The notes under the pieces were generated by a model. That model did no database searches. It had not been told where the DNA came from and saw only the letters and a program-made list of their open reading frames with translations. Of a stretch of 61,176 nt of DNA, positions 1 to 9,513 are shown in pieces. Source of the stretch: a virus (taxonomy: Duplodnaviria > Caudoviricetes); the IMG/VR virus record IMGVR_UViG_3300028025_001824, positions 1 through 61,176 of that record. The stretch is one strand, 5' to 3'. The number at the start of each line of letters is the position of its first letter. Positions within the stretch are counted from its first letter, which is position 1. Position numbers and translations under genes: made by a program.

Positions 1-144
1 TCGGAGCGAACGATTCGGCGTTACTGGATGTAACGAATCCCTGTCGTCAGTATCGGACTGACCTCGCTTTTGAGGTGTAGGTAGTTTGCGACCTGAATCA
101 AAGGTAGCAGATTATTCTGTGATTACAAATTAAGTGGGGTAGTA

Positions 145-351
145 AATAAAAAGGTGTTCGGTAGGGGAGCCAACACAATGCCAGTCTATGAGAGAGGACA
201 GACAGCATCGGGCAATCTACCCTACCGAACTTGGGTACCCGAGAAAAATGGTACACCAATTGGGTATAGAACACCCGCTGGGAACGGAACGGCGCTCAAC
301 CAGCGGGTGTAATTCACCAACCAGTAGCCCAGAAAGAAACTGGTTGGTGAA
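145..351 (-). ncRNA. candidate structured RNA / 3' UTR with three long-stem hairpins
   Basis: Perfect inverted repeats 156-166/220-230, 271-281/300-310 and 313-325/339-351; U-rich run after the last hairpin in the minus sense. Confidence 0.45.
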
Positions 352-357
352 CTTTAT

Positions 358-819
358 TTAGTCGAGGCGACTCTGACCGTAGGCATTGATTCCGTACTTG
401 TTAAGCACTTCAGCAAATGCACTAGCGAAAGCCGCTTTGCGGTCTACGCTCTGTCCGAATTCACGAACCCAGATTTCGTAGCCACCGTAATAGCCCTTGC
501 TACCGATTCCTTGAGCCTTAAGCCAATTCACAAACGCACCTCGCGCTGGTGAAATGTTTACCCAAGCAAATCCGCAAAGACCGTCAAGGATGTAAGTTTT
601 TTTGTTGAAATCAATATCGTTGCCAAGTGGAGTAGTTGGTTCGCCAACTACAAACTTTGGAGTATCTGCATCTTTGCCAGCCGCGAGACCAGCCTCGTAT
701 GCTTCACGATAAATGTTTCGGCATTGAGTTTTTGTAAGTGCCTTTTTCTTTGCTTCTTGCTTGGCAACATACGCGCCGATGATGCGATTGCTTTCTGCGT
801 GAATATCTACTTGTGTCAT
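358..819 (-). CDS. hypothetical phage protein (CGFAWV motif)
   Basis: 153 aa ORF with GGAG RBS, adjacent to the upstream ORF stop. Confidence 0.8.
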   Translation of the reverse strand: MTQVDIHAESNRIIGAYVAKQEAKKKALTKTQCRNIYREAYEAGLAAGKDADTPKFVVGEPTTPLGNDIDFNKKTYILDGLCGFAWVNISPARGAFVNWLKAQGIGSKGYYGGYEIWVREFGQSVDRKAAFASAFAEVLNKYGINAYGQSRLD

Positions 820-987
820 TTATTCTTCTCCCTTTTTGATTTTGCCTGAGAACTGGATTTCCTTGATGTAAGCCCTGTTGTAAGCCAAGTAGTTTTCGAT
901 TTCGCCAACGCTCTCGAACTCAACTTCTACTTTGTTGATTTCGCCTCTGTTCCATTGGTTTTCAATCTTGACGACTGCTTTTATCAT
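820..987 (-). CDS. small hypothetical protein (55 aa, MIKAVVKIEN...)
   Basis: Read by hand; follows promoter 1017-1045 and a purine-rich RBS; stop abuts the next ATG. Confidence 0.75.
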   Translation of the reverse strand: MIKAVVKIENQWNRGEINKVEVEFESVGEIENYLAYNRAYIKEIQFSGKIKKGEE

Positions 988-1016
988 TTCCGTTCCCTTC
1001 TCTCGGTTACAAGATA

Positions 1017-1045
1017 AGGATACCCTACTGGGGTTTAATAATCAA
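1017..1045 (-). promoter_or_regulatory. sigma70-type promoter with AACCCCAGT spacer box
   Basis: TTGATT-17 nt (attaaaccccagtaggg)-TATCCT. Confidence 0.75.
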
Positions 1046-1189
1046 ATCCAAACGAGCCTTACGGCGAGCGTGTCGCTTATCGGCTTCCTCGGACAGTATG
1101 CGCTCGCGCTCGCGGGCGCGTATGCGGGCGAGAGAGGCTTCAGAGACCTTCTGAGGCTCTTTGAACTTAGCCCATGATGGAATTAACAT
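1025..1189 (-). CDS. small basic hypothetical protein (MLIPSWAKF...)
   Basis: Start overlaps the upstream stop (TGATG). Confidence 0.6.
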   Translation of the reverse strand: MLIPSWAKFKEPQKVSEASLARIRARERERILSEEADKRHARRKARLDLIIKPQ

Positions 1190-1335
1190 CAGAACCACTT
1201 TCCGCTTTCTATTGACCCCACAACGCCGAAAACGGCGAAGATGAGCAGGAATAGCCCCAAGGCATCTAGCCATTCTGAGACCTTATGACCGCGCTGGGTC
1301 ACGCGACCATGCTTCGATAGATATTTAGCCAACAT
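1189..1335 (-). CDS. small membrane protein (48 aa)
   Basis: Read by hand; AGGAG RBS; hydrophobic segment LGLFLLIFAVFGVVG. Confidence 0.7.
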   Translation of the reverse strand: MLAKYLSKHGRVTQRGHKVSEWLDALGLFLLIFAVFGVVGSIESGKWF

Positions 1336-1465
1336 GATTTCTCTCCTTTTCTGGTCGAATTAAACCAACTGCAACGAGTGAGGCATCTGCCTCGCATCGA
1401 AAGCAATAGGGCTTGCCTTTGACGAAAGTAATTCGGAACTCCGAATTGCAGGTATAGCATTTCAT
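1325..1465 (-). CDS. small CxxC-CxxC zinc-binding protein (46 aa)
   Basis: MKCYTC...YCFRC; ATGA overlap with upstream gene. Confidence 0.65.
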   Translation of the reverse strand: MKCYTCNSEFRITFVKGKPYCFRCEADASLVAVGLIRPEKERNHVG

Positions 1466-2112
1466 TTCTTTACCTCGCATATCACTTCAGATTCACCGCG
1501 ACCCGTTAAGACCGCGATGATGTCTGACTTTGGAATTTCTCTCTCTAAGATAATTCCTTCTTTGCCAAATCTGTTAGCAAAGAATTCTGCCTTGGATTTA
1601 TTTAGTGTCCATGAAAGCCCATCTTCATTAAGACCTTTAACGCATCCACGGTAAATGGTAACCAACTCTGGTAGTGAATTCAATAACTGAACCTCTGATT
1701 CATCCATTAAATAATGGCGCTCAGGGCGATTCGATGAGAGCAACTCTTTCCATTGCTCAAGGTTCTGCCATTGATTTTCGGTATCTGTCCAGATGCTAGA
1801 AAGGAGTGACCAGTATTTTGTATCTGGCAACTGCTTAGCAATCTGGATAAATGCTTGAAGGCGATATGGGCGCTCATGTAAATAGATGACCTGATTGAAA
1901 TTCTTTTTTGCGAGCGCTATCTCTAAATCCTTTTTCTTTTGGAGATAGTAAGCATTGGCGCTCCCATTTGACCAAAGAGGTACTTGATACACCAATGGGT
2001 GACGGACTTGAGCGCCCAACGCTCCATCTTTTTCAAAGTATGGAATTAGGTCAGGGTGAAGTGGCTCGATAATTTCCATTAGTTGCTGTAGTAATTTTTC
2101 TTGCTGACTCAT
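1462..2112 (-). CDS. putative ADP-ribosyltransferase-fold protein (R-S-E type)
   Basis: IYRG...LSWTL...ESEVI pattern in the C-terminal half. Confidence 0.55.
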   Translation of the reverse strand: MSQQEKLLQQLMEIIEPLHPDLIPYFEKDGALGAQVRHPLVYQVPLWSNGSANAYYLQKKKDLEIALAKKNFNQVIYLHERPYRLQAFIQIAKQLPDTKYWSLLSSIWTDTENQWQNLEQWKELLSSNRPERHYLMDESEVQLLNSLPELVTIYRGCVKGLNEDGLSWTLNKSKAEFFANRFGKEGIILEREIPKSDIIAVLTGRGESEVICEVKK

Positions 2113-2969
2113 TAGTAGCCTCTCTTTTTGTACTTCTTGATGAGGATTGCTTCTTGCTCCTCATAAGTGATTCCGTGCTTTTCAGCCAAGTTGAAGCAAA
2201 TCAACTGAGCAATCTCTCCAGCGAAAGCCTTGCGGTCTTTTTGGTGCTGGATGCTTTCCTCTGTGTGTGGCTTACCATCGTAATATTCTGTAACGATTTC
2301 GCGTTGAGAATCTGCGTACTGGCTGTACCACTCTGTAATCGCTGAACGCTCTGTTCTGATTTCTCTTGTCCACTTGCCTTCTTTGTAGGTCAAGAACTTA
2401 CCTGATGCTGTTGGAGCGTTTGCCTTTTCCTTAGCGATGCGCTCTGCCTTCTTTGCTTCGCGCTCTGCCTTTGCTTGAGCCTTTGCAATTTTGTCGGCTG
2501 TCACGATTCGTGATGGGCGATTCAAAGTTTCTGCTGGAGCAGATGGATAACAGATTGTGCAAGCATCTTGACCAGCATCCTCAACGATTGTTGCTTCATC
2601 ATCGTTGCTGTACTGAATCAACCATTGGTAACGAGTGGTTGGGAAACAGGTCGAGCAATCCAATGAACTGTGAACATGACCGTTATTATTGACTACCAAG
2701 AAGGCGCGTGTCCAAGGGTCTTGGTTGTAAATCGCATCTAATTCCTTGATGCGAATAGCGATTGGTTCACGCTCTTTCTTTAATTCCTCAATCTTTGCAA
2801 GGGATTCTTCTACACGAATCTTTTTCTTTTCTTCGTTGTAGAAACCTGAGCGCTCAACAAACTTAATATCTTCTTGCACATCAATAATCTTGGAATTGAT
2901 TGCCCAGACTTTGTTATGCAATTCGGATAGTTCTGTATCTATCTTGACTGCGAACTCTTTTGTAACCAC
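2112..2969 (-). CDS. hypothetical protein, coiled-coil plus His/Cys metal-binding motifs
   Basis: HVHSSLDCSTC and ACTICYPSAP; GAGGAG RBS; first gene after promoter 2994-3022. Confidence 0.75.
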   Translation of the reverse strand: MVTKEFAVKIDTELSELHNKVWAINSKIIDVQEDIKFVERSGFYNEEKKKIRVEESLAKIEELKKEREPIAIRIKELDAIYNQDPWTRAFLVVNNNGHVHSSLDCSTCFPTTRYQWLIQYSNDDEATIVEDAGQDACTICYPSAPAETLNRPSRIVTADKIAKAQAKAEREAKKAERIAKEKANAPTASGKFLTYKEGKWTREIRTERSAITEWYSQYADSQREIVTEYYDGKPHTEESIQHQKDRKAFAGEIAQLICFNLAEKHGITYEEQEAILIKKYKKRGY

Positions 2970-2993
2970 CTTGGCTCCTCTCTCTCATTTCTA

Positions 2994-3022
2994 AAGATAC
3001 ACTACTGGGGTTAGATATGCAA
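2994..3022 (-). promoter_or_regulatory. sigma70-type promoter with AACCCCAGT box (divergent pair, left)
   Basis: TTGCAT-17 nt (atctaaccccagtagtg)-TATCTT. Confidence 0.75.
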
Positions 3023-3088
3023 ACTCATGCCAGCCCTGAAATATCGGCGTGTCTAGGCTTGTCTGGAGCCTGAGCCTGAATCCTCGAT

Positions 3089-3117
3089 TTGTTTATCCAA
3101 CCCCCGTAGTGTATACT
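3089..3117 (+). promoter_or_regulatory. sigma70-type promoter with AACCCCCGT box (divergent pair, right)
   Basis: TTGTTT-17 nt (atccaacccccgtagtg)-TATACT. Confidence 0.75.
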
Positions 3118-3138
3118 AGGAAATGAGAGGGGGCAGAT

Positions 3139-3264
3139 ATGAGAATCGTCATCTGTTCTGAATGTGGCAAGGAATGGCAAGTCCGTGGCGGAATGGCTTT
3201 TGAAAGCCTTTGGCGACACATCAAGAGAGAACACAAAAAAGAACAAATCCAAATCGCGGCTTAA
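3139..3264 (+). CDS. 41 aa C2H2-like zinc-finger microprotein
   Basis: MRIVICSECG...WRHIKREH; GAGGGGG RBS. Confidence 0.7.
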   Translation: MRIVICSECGKEWQVRGGMAFESLWRHIKREHKKEQIQIAA

Positions 3265-3272
3265 GGAGAGAC

Positions 3273-3407
3273 ATGGCTGAGAAACAAGTTTGGACTTGCG
3301 AACATTGCAAGAAAACTTACAACGACCCTGACAACATTGTTAGGTACTTTCACACCTGCCATCAAAGCAGGGCTTACTGGAATGACTATTTTGGGGAGCA
3401 AGGATGA
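3273..3407 (+). CDS. 44 aa Cys/His zinc-binding microprotein
   Basis: WTCEHC...FHTCH; AAGGAG RBS. Confidence 0.65.
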   Translation: MAEKQVWTCEHCKKTYNDPDNIVRYFHTCHQSRAYWNDYFGEQG

Positions 3408-4180
3408 AAAGCAAAAGAGACCAAACCCAGCGGGTTTACAAGGCTGAGAATTATGTTATGCAAAAGAAAGAGCAATGGACTCTTGAAGAATGTCAGAAAT
3501 ATGTAGACAAACTTCTCAAGAAGAAAAGAATTCAAGACAACTATCCATGGGCGAAGAATCATAAAATCTTTGTGACCCATGGAGGCACAGGTCGAAGGAT
3601 GGCTTATGCGACCTTTACCTATCGCGGGGCTACAATCAAATTACCGCCTTGGGCTAGAAACCAATATGTCGTATTGCACGAAGTTGCCCACCATCTCGAT
3701 TGTTTCGAGGATGGGCATACCGATTCATTTGCGACAATCCTTTTAGATTTAGTGCGCCGTGAGATGGGCAAAGAAAAGGCTGAACTCCTTCAGGCTTCTT
3801 ACCACTTACACGGGGTTAAAATCCAAAGTGGTAAAAAGGTCGTGAAGGCTCGTTGCCCACAATCCAAAAAGGAATGGGTAGCCGAGCAACGCCAATCAAA
3901 GAGCGAGCGCAAATCTAAAATCAATTCTCAGACCGAAGAAAAAGAGCAATTCAAGTTGCGGGTTGCAAGAGGCGAAGAAATTCAATGTTGGTTCGAGAAC
4001 TGTACTGGCTCAGCAAAAGGCGATGTTGATTTAATCCGTTGGTCACGCGAGCGCGTTCAATTCCAATGGAACTGGAGATGCCCACGATGCGAACGCGGAA
4101 GATGGGAACACCAGAATCGCCAATACGATGTTGAGACACATGGCGTACTTGCCATCTCCCGAAACGGCGTGTGGCGTTAA
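3404..4180 (+). CDS. SprT-like/zincin metallopeptidase-domain protein
   Basis: VVLHEVAHH...GH..F HExxH motif; C-terminal Cys pairs. Confidence 0.65.
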   Translation: MKSKRDQTQRVYKAENYVMQKKEQWTLEECQKYVDKLLKKKRIQDNYPWAKNHKIFVTHGGTGRRMAYATFTYRGATIKLPPWARNQYVVLHEVAHHLDCFEDGHTDSFATILLDLVRREMGKEKAELLQASYHLHGVKIQSGKKVVKARCPQSKKEWVAEQRQSKSERKSKINSQTEEKEQFKLRVARGEEIQCWFENCTGSAKGDVDLIRWSRERVQFQWNWRCPRCERGRWEHQNRQYDVETHGVLAISRNGVWR

Positions 4181-4416
4181 GGTTTCTTCTTATCAACCTT
4201 GCTGAAGGCTTCGTTGATTTCTGCGGTGGTTAGTTTTCCATCATCGAGGAATGAGCGAGCCATAGATTCAACCACGGTTGCAACTCCAAGCAAGCCAGCC
4301 ATAAGTGCGGCGGTCAATGGTTCAAGACCAAAGAGCGAACCTGCGCCAATAACTGATAGACCAGATGCGGCGAATACTGAAAGAATCCGCATAACTACAT
4401 TGTTTACATTTTTCAT
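4177..4416 (-). CDS. small two-TM membrane protein
   Basis: Two hydrophobic helices, then DDGKLTTAEINEAF. Confidence 0.75.
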   Translation of the reverse strand: MKNVNNVVMRILSVFAASGLSVIGAGSLFGLEPLTAALMAGLLGVATVVESMARSFLDDGKLTTAEINEAFSKVDKKKP

Positions 4417-4586
4417 TCTTCATCCTTATTTCTTCTTAGTGGGTAAGTGAGAATCCAAATTCCGAGGCACCATAAAGTCGCATAGGCAACTGCCGATTTA
4501 GCAGACCCGTCAATGGTTACCCATGCAATAAAGAAACCCAGCATGGTAAATAACTGACCGATTAGGTCATTGAAGAAGTTCTTCAT
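4413..4586 (-). CDS. small two-TM membrane protein (57 aa, MKNFFNDLIGQ...)
   Basis: Read by hand; tightly coupled to both neighbours. Confidence 0.75.
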   Translation of the reverse strand: MKNFFNDLIGQLFTMLGFFIAWVTIDGSAKSAVAYATLWCLGIWILTYPLRRNKDEE

Positions 4587-6497
4587 TTACATTCTCCTTA
4601 TAGATAGTGATGCAATTGCTCCCACGATGACCGAGGCAACAACAACTGTTTGTGATTCTTCTCGTTCTGTATCTGACATATCTGCTCCGATACTTCCTAG
4701 CGCCAGAAGTGCCTTAGCAGGGTCAGAGAAAATTGCCCCTACCAATTCGGCTGGGTTTGCTACCAACTCAAGGGCATCAGCAACCTCCGCTGTAATGACG
4801 ATTGGTTCGCCACTTTCATCAACGCGGGTTTCAACTGGAGTCTCTGGAGGTAGGTCGCCGTAATCAATTCCCGCTTCAGCGATTGCTGATGCTGTTACTG
4901 GCTCGCCATCAAATTGAGCAATCAAGGCTTCAGCCACAATTTCTTTTTCGGCTTCCGTCAATTTGCCATCCGCTTGAACTGAATCCACAATTGATGCAAC
5001 TTCATCAGCGGTGACATTGCCATCGGCTAAGATGTCATCCAATATTTCAGAAGGAGATTCAGATGGTGGTTCAGGAGATGGTTCTTCTACTGGCGGTGGT
5101 GGCTCTGCTGGCTCTGGCTCTGGCTCGGGCATTGGTTCTGGCGTTTCAACTGGCTCGGGCTGAGGCTCGGGTTCTGGTTCTGGAGCAGGAGTTGGTTCAG
5201 GCTCGCTCGGCAATGGTTCTGGCTCAGGCTCGGGAATGGGAGTTTCATCGGGAGTCGGGGAAGGCTCGGGAGATGGATTAGGTTCTGGCTCTGGTGCAGG
5301 TGGCTCGGGTTCAGGTGTAGGTTCAGGTTCAACGGCAGGAGGAATAGGCGATGGCAAAGGTGTGGGTTCAGGTGTGGACTGCGAAGGTTCCTGGGGCTGT
5401 TGAGGTTGAGGAGTCGGAGTTGCAACAGGTTCAGGGCTTGGAGTCGGTGAAGGCGATGGTTCCGATGTTGGTTCGGGTTGAGGAGAAGCCGATGGACTTG
5501 GCTCAACTGGAGGAATCGGTTGAGGTGTTACCACCGCTGTCGGAGTATCAGAAGATTGCGTTGGCGAAGGGCTGGGGCTGGGTTCTGGGGCTTGAGGGTC
5601 ATCAGTATAAGCAAGACTGACCGTTAAAAATTTGTAAGTGCCACCGCAAGGGTCACCGAATACATCGTTAAGCGCCATGATGGTTGCGATTGCTTTACCA
5701 AAAAATACTTCGAGAACTTTCTCAACTGAATTAGGTGCATGACATTCACCGATTGAATATCCATTCGGTGTTCCATAACTTGCGAATATGACTGAGGTAA
5801 ATATCTTTCCAATTGGAGCAGAAAGAGTTAGACCGTCTCCTTCATTCGCACTACCATTTACGCTATTAACTTGAGGGATAGGTGTTGGTGATGGAGTTTG
5901 TGATGATTCTGGTGTTGGCGATGGGCTTGGCTCTGGGCTGGATGTTGGGTCTGGACTCGGGGAAAAAGTCGGTTCGGGAGTCGGAGAAGGCGTACTGGTT
6001 TCGGATGGTGAAGGACTTGGAATTGGAGTTACGGTTGGCGAAGGCGAAGGCGAAGGCTCGGGCGTTGGTGCAGGAACAGGAGAACTCACCGAGACCGTAA
6101 AGATTGGTCCGTACCATCCACCCCAAAATCCAGCATCTATGCCTGAAACAGAAATTGTTGCTTGACCCGATACCACGGCGCTGACCGTTGCAACCTCAAT
6201 TGTGTTGCCACTAAAACTTTGACCATTGATTGAGACTGTCCAGTTATCGGGTATCGGCGTACAGGAGCCGATGCAGTTTGCAATGGTGTTATTGACCGAG
6301 ACTGTGACCGTTGAGCCATCTGTAACGGATGTTCTGAAGGTGGCGCTACCACCCCGATAATCGAATTGGATTGAACTGCCCGAGACATTGCCGTTTACCA
6401 CGGATTCCCATGCGTTATCAGCCCCAGCATCATCCATGGGTAAAAGGGCTAGGAGGATGATGATGAGGAAGGCTATCCCTAAGCGCAAATACCTCAT
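4587..6497 (-). CDS. Pro-rich membrane-anchored surface protein with SUEL/galactose-binding lectin-like domain
   Basis: Signal peptide; PS/PT/PE repeats; FASYGTP...CHA...FGDPC.GT.K.L motif; C-terminal TM segment. Confidence 0.75.
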   Translation of the reverse strand: MRYLRLGIAFLIIILLALLPMDDAGADNAWESVVNGNVSGSSIQFDYRGGSATFRTSVTDGSTVTVSVNNTIANCIGSCTPIPDNWTVSINGQSFSGNTIEVATVSAVVSGQATISVSGIDAGFWGGWYGPIFTVSVSSPVPAPTPEPSPSPSPTVTPIPSPSPSETSTPSPTPEPTFSPSPDPTSSPEPSPSPTPESSQTPSPTPIPQVNSVNGSANEGDGLTLSAPIGKIFTSVIFASYGTPNGYSIGECHAPNSVEKVLEVFFGKAIATIMALNDVFGDPCGGTYKFLTVSLAYTDDPQAPEPSPSPSPTQSSDTPTAVVTPQPIPPVEPSPSASPQPEPTSEPSPSPTPSPEPVATPTPQPQQPQEPSQSTPEPTPLPSPIPPAVEPEPTPEPEPPAPEPEPNPSPEPSPTPDETPIPEPEPEPLPSEPEPTPAPEPEPEPQPEPVETPEPMPEPEPEPAEPPPPVEEPSPEPPSESPSEILDDILADGNVTADEVASIVDSVQADGKLTEAEKEIVAEALIAQFDGEPVTASAIAEAGIDYGDLPPETPVETRVDESGEPIVITAEVADALELVANPAELVGAIFSDPAKALLALGSIGADMSDTEREESQTVVVASVIVGAIASLSIRRM

Positions 6498-6606
6498 CTG
6501 ACCCCCTTATTCGGGGTCACTAGGACACGATATGTAGCCCAATTGTACCAATGTGGAATAATCTGTGCTAAACTGGGGTTGTAAATGAATGAGAGAGAGG
6601 AATCAA

Positions 6607-6954
6607 ATGTCACAAGTCAAAATCACATGGAAGGCTTTTGGAGATAAGCCAGAAATCGGGCGCTTCATTAGTTCTGTTGAATTCGAAACTACATTAGAAA
6701 TCCAAGTGCCAGAAAGATTATGCGAAAGCATTTATCACGCAACAAATACTTACTCAGGAGCCTTATGGGATGTCCTTGAGCCAAAGTTATCTGCAACTCG
6801 TACTCACACATCTATCTCAGTTGGTGACGAAATCGAGATTGACGGTCAGGTTTATATCTGCGCTGATTTCGGATTCGAGAAGATTGAGGATGTAGAAATC
6901 AAGAAAATCGGAGATTCAATCTTCTCCGTGTCAGCAAAGGCGGTGGCAGAATGA
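6607..6954 (+). CDS. YodL-like protein
   Basis: TSISVGD...YICADFGF resembles the YodL signature; GAGAGG RBS. Confidence 0.55.
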   Translation: MSQVKITWKAFGDKPEIGRFISSVEFETTLEIQVPERLCESIYHATNTYSGALWDVLEPKLSATRTHTSISVGDEIEIDGQVYICADFGFEKIEDVEIKKIGDSIFSVSAKAVAE

Positions 6955-7112
6955 CTCTTGATGAAGCCAAGAAAATCGTTGGCAATCAGCCAACATGGGC
7001 GCTCAAGAATATGGTTAAGGCGCTCAAGATGCTCCCAGCGCTTAATACCGCTGAAGATGAACTAAACCTAGAAGCCGCAAAAGTTGTACTTAGAGAGAGG
7101 AACAAAAAGTGA
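6951..7112 (+). CDS. hypothetical protein (53 aa, [13 protein letters not shown]...)
   Basis: Read by hand; ATGA/GTGA overlaps at both ends. Confidence 0.7.
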   Translation: MTLDEAKKIVGNQPTWALKNMVKALKMLPALNTAEDELNLEAAKVVLRERNKK

Positions 7113-7600
7113 AAAAACTAGAACTTCGACCAGATACAGAAAAGTCATCTTACGGTGACCGTTATTGCGTGACTGCTGATTTTGCAGACCCACGCATTTC
7201 GGGAACTCTAACTATTGGCGCAATGGCTACCCCTGATTACATTCGTTACTCAGGCACCGTGACCGTAAATGGCGTTGAATATCGAGTCAGCAATAACTCT
7301 CCAGTAGTGGGAGCAAAAGTTGAATATTACGCGCTTACCAAGAATGGCACATTTTCAGAATATGCCAGCGCATCAGCAAGAGAGACATTCCGCAAGGCTC
7401 TTGAGGAAATCATTGCTGAAGCAATCAAAGACCCAAAGTTTGTAAACGAGCAGATTGAGACAGAAACTCAGCACCTCGGATATGACATTGAGCGTTTGCA
7501 ATCTAACCGCGATGCGCTTGTCGTTAAGATAAATGAACTTAACGAGGAGATTTCGCAGAAGATGTCTAAGCAATGGACAAATAAAGCCTTATTAGTATAA
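7109..7600 (+). CDS. hypothetical protein
   Basis: 163 aa ORF, coupled start, C-terminal coiled coil. Confidence 0.75.
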   Translation: MKKLELRPDTEKSSYGDRYCVTADFADPRISGTLTIGAMATPDYIRYSGTVTVNGVEYRVSNNSPVVGAKVEYYALTKNGTFSEYASASARETFRKALEEIIAEAIKDPKFVNEQIETETQHLGYDIERLQSNRDALVVKINELNEEISQKMSKQWTNKALLV

Positions 7601-7630
7601 ACTCGGGTTTAATAAGAGAAAGGATGAGAG

Positions 7631-7798
7631 ATGGATATTGCTGAAGTAGAAACGAAAGACGATTTACAAAAGTGGATTGTGCAGTTTTTTCCTGATGCAA
7701 AGGTCGAACTCTCATCCGAAGGCGTAATCATTAAAACTGGAGCAGATGTCGCAATGGGCGGGTATCTTTATCCACTCAAAGAGAGGTATGAAGATTGA
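7631..7798 (+). CDS. hypothetical protein (55 aa, MDIAEVETK...)
   Basis: Read by hand; TGATG overlap with the deacetylase. Confidence 0.7.
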   Translation: MDIAEVETKDDLQKWIVQFFPDAKVELSSEGVIIKTGADVAMGGYLYPLKERYED

Positions 7799-8703
7799 TG
7801 GAAGATGCAATTATCGTTCATTCGCCTGAATATGCGAACTGGGTCTTTGACCCTACACATCCCACGCAGGGGCGCAGGTTCTTGCTTGGTCGTAACCGTG
7901 TGATTCTGGAAGGTCAAGACCGCCGACTCAACATTGACGAATTTCCTCCAGAGATGCCACACACCGATGATTTATTGCTAGTGCATGACCCGATGTATGT
8001 CCATGATGTAACTATTCGTGGCAAATCAGACGAATGGGATGGCACTCGCCATGACTTAGGAGACCTTGCAAAGTTATTTGTAGGCGGAACTCTTACCGCT
8101 CTTGATTTACTCTTGGAAGAAAAGACCAAGTTAGCAATTCATTTAGCGGGTGCAAAGCATCATGCGATGCGTGACTATTCCAGCGGATTCTGTATCTTCA
8201 ATGACTTTGCTATCGCCGCAACTAAATTAACCCAGATGGGCAAGAGGGTTGCGATATTCGATTGCGATGCTCACCATGGTGACGGAACTGAAGCGCTGAC
8301 TCATGGCAATAAAGACATCCTTACATTCTCGGTTCACCAATGGGGAATTTTCCCAGGAACGGGATTGACCTCTGATTGGGAGCGCCACGCTCTTAACTTT
8401 CCTCTTGTCGCTAATACCGATGATGAAGGTTTGACCGATGCAACTCAATCATTCCTTGATGTCTGTTTCGACTTTGAGCCAGACTTTATCTTCATCGCTT
8501 GCGGTGCAGATGCCTTAGCCGATGACCCACTTTCGGAATTGAAATACACCGTGGGTGGTTATGAACTCGCTATGAAAAGCATCCGCATGGCTTACCCAGA
8601 TACGCCTATCCTGTTTGGAGGCGCTGGAGGCTATCTGCCAGACGACCAGACTCCTGACCTATGGGGCAAGGCAAGTCTCGCGCTGGTGGCTCCTAGGGGC
8701 TGA
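7798..8703 (+). CDS. histone deacetylase family (AcuC-like) Zn-dependent deacetylase
   Basis: G.HHA...SGFCIFND, DCDAHHGDGT, GADALADDPL and GGAGGY motifs. Confidence 0.9.
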   Translation: MEDAIIVHSPEYANWVFDPTHPTQGRRFLLGRNRVILEGQDRRLNIDEFPPEMPHTDDLLLVHDPMYVHDVTIRGKSDEWDGTRHDLGDLAKLFVGGTLTALDLLLEEKTKLAIHLAGAKHHAMRDYSSGFCIFNDFAIAATKLTQMGKRVAIFDCDAHHGDGTEALTHGNKDILTFSVHQWGIFPGTGLTSDWERHALNFPLVANTDDEGLTDATQSFLDVCFDFEPDFIFIACGADALADDPLSELKYTVGGYELAMKSIRMAYPDTPILFGGAGGYLPDDQTPDLWGKASLALVAPRG

Positions 8704-8718
8704 CGGTACGCTTGAGCC

Positions 8719-9276
8719 ATGACAACAATCGTGGCTATCCAGCAAAAGGATAAAGTTATTTTTGGGGCTGACTCACAAACAACTTCTTCCAATGGTCGAA
8801 CATCTAATCACCCGAAAATGGTGAAGATAACCGAGCGCGGAGATTTCCTTATTGCTGGTTCTGGCGAATGTGCGCCTTGCGATATTGCTCAACATATCTG
8901 GATTCCACCTAAGCCAACTGCAAAAGACTTTTTAGATGTCTACCATTTTATGATTTCTAAAGTTGTTCCTTCGCTGAAGGCTTGCTTCAAAGAGCAAGAA
9001 TACAAATGGAACGAATCCGATGATGGTGAAACTAAATTTGCTTTCTTGATTGCTGTAGGTGGTGAGGTATTCGAACTCGCTGAGGATATGAGCATTTCGC
9101 TTGATGGTAAAGGTTTCTATGGTGTCGGCTCTGGCTCCAGTTATGCCATCGGTGCGCTATCTGCTGGGGCTACGATTGAAAAGGCTTTAGAGATTTCAGC
9201 CGATAACGATGCCTACACATCTGCGCCATTCATCTATAAAACACAGAAAAAGAAAGTTGCAACTAAACCTAAATAA
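8719..9276 (+). CDS. Ntn-hydrolase (HslV/proteasome-beta-like) peptidase
   Basis: N-terminal MTTIVAI, GADSQ, conserved Lys, GSG motifs. Confidence 0.8.
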   Translation: MTTIVAIQQKDKVIFGADSQTTSSNGRTSNHPKMVKITERGDFLIAGSGECAPCDIAQHIWIPPKPTAKDFLDVYHFMISKVVPSLKACFKEQEYKWNESDDGETKFAFLIAVGGEVFELAEDMSISLDGKGFYGVGSGSSYAIGALSAGATIEKALEISADNDAYTSAPFIYKTQKKKVATKPK

Positions 9277-9285
9277 GTGTATTCT
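9257..9285 (+). promoter_or_regulatory. sigma70-type promoter
   Basis: TTGCAA-17 nt-TATTCT upstream of 9322. Confidence 0.55.
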
Positions 9286-9321
9286 AACCTCTGTTAGTTA
9301 ATCTATGAGAGGAAGTACCAA

Positions 9322-9513
9322 GTGGATACAAACGAAGTTAATAAGAAATTCGAGGAAATCGTGAAGCCAAAGACAAAGGCTGTAAAGCGTAAGCCAAAGC
9401 GTGAGCCAGCAAAGTTTCCTGAACTGCGCTATCTCTGGGGCGTGGCGTTGCTCGGGTCTTTTGTTCTATGTGTAATTACAGCGATTATTCAATCAATCTT
9501 AGAATCGGTGTAA
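9322..9513 (+). CDS. small membrane protein
   Basis: C-terminal TM helix; GAGAGGA RBS. Confidence 0.7.
   Translation: MDTNEVNKKFEEIVKPKTKAVKRKPKREPAKFPELRYLWGVALLGSFVLCVITAIIQSILESV

Noticed and set aside
12-94. tRNA or known riboswitch at the left edge
   Set aside because: No acceptor stem or TTCGA loop and no recognisable c-di-AMP or c-di-GMP consensus; kept only as an unassigned structure.
4802-6388. Several overlapping ORFs across the Pro-rich gene
   Set aside because: Shadow frames of low-complexity Pro repeats with no RBS or motifs.
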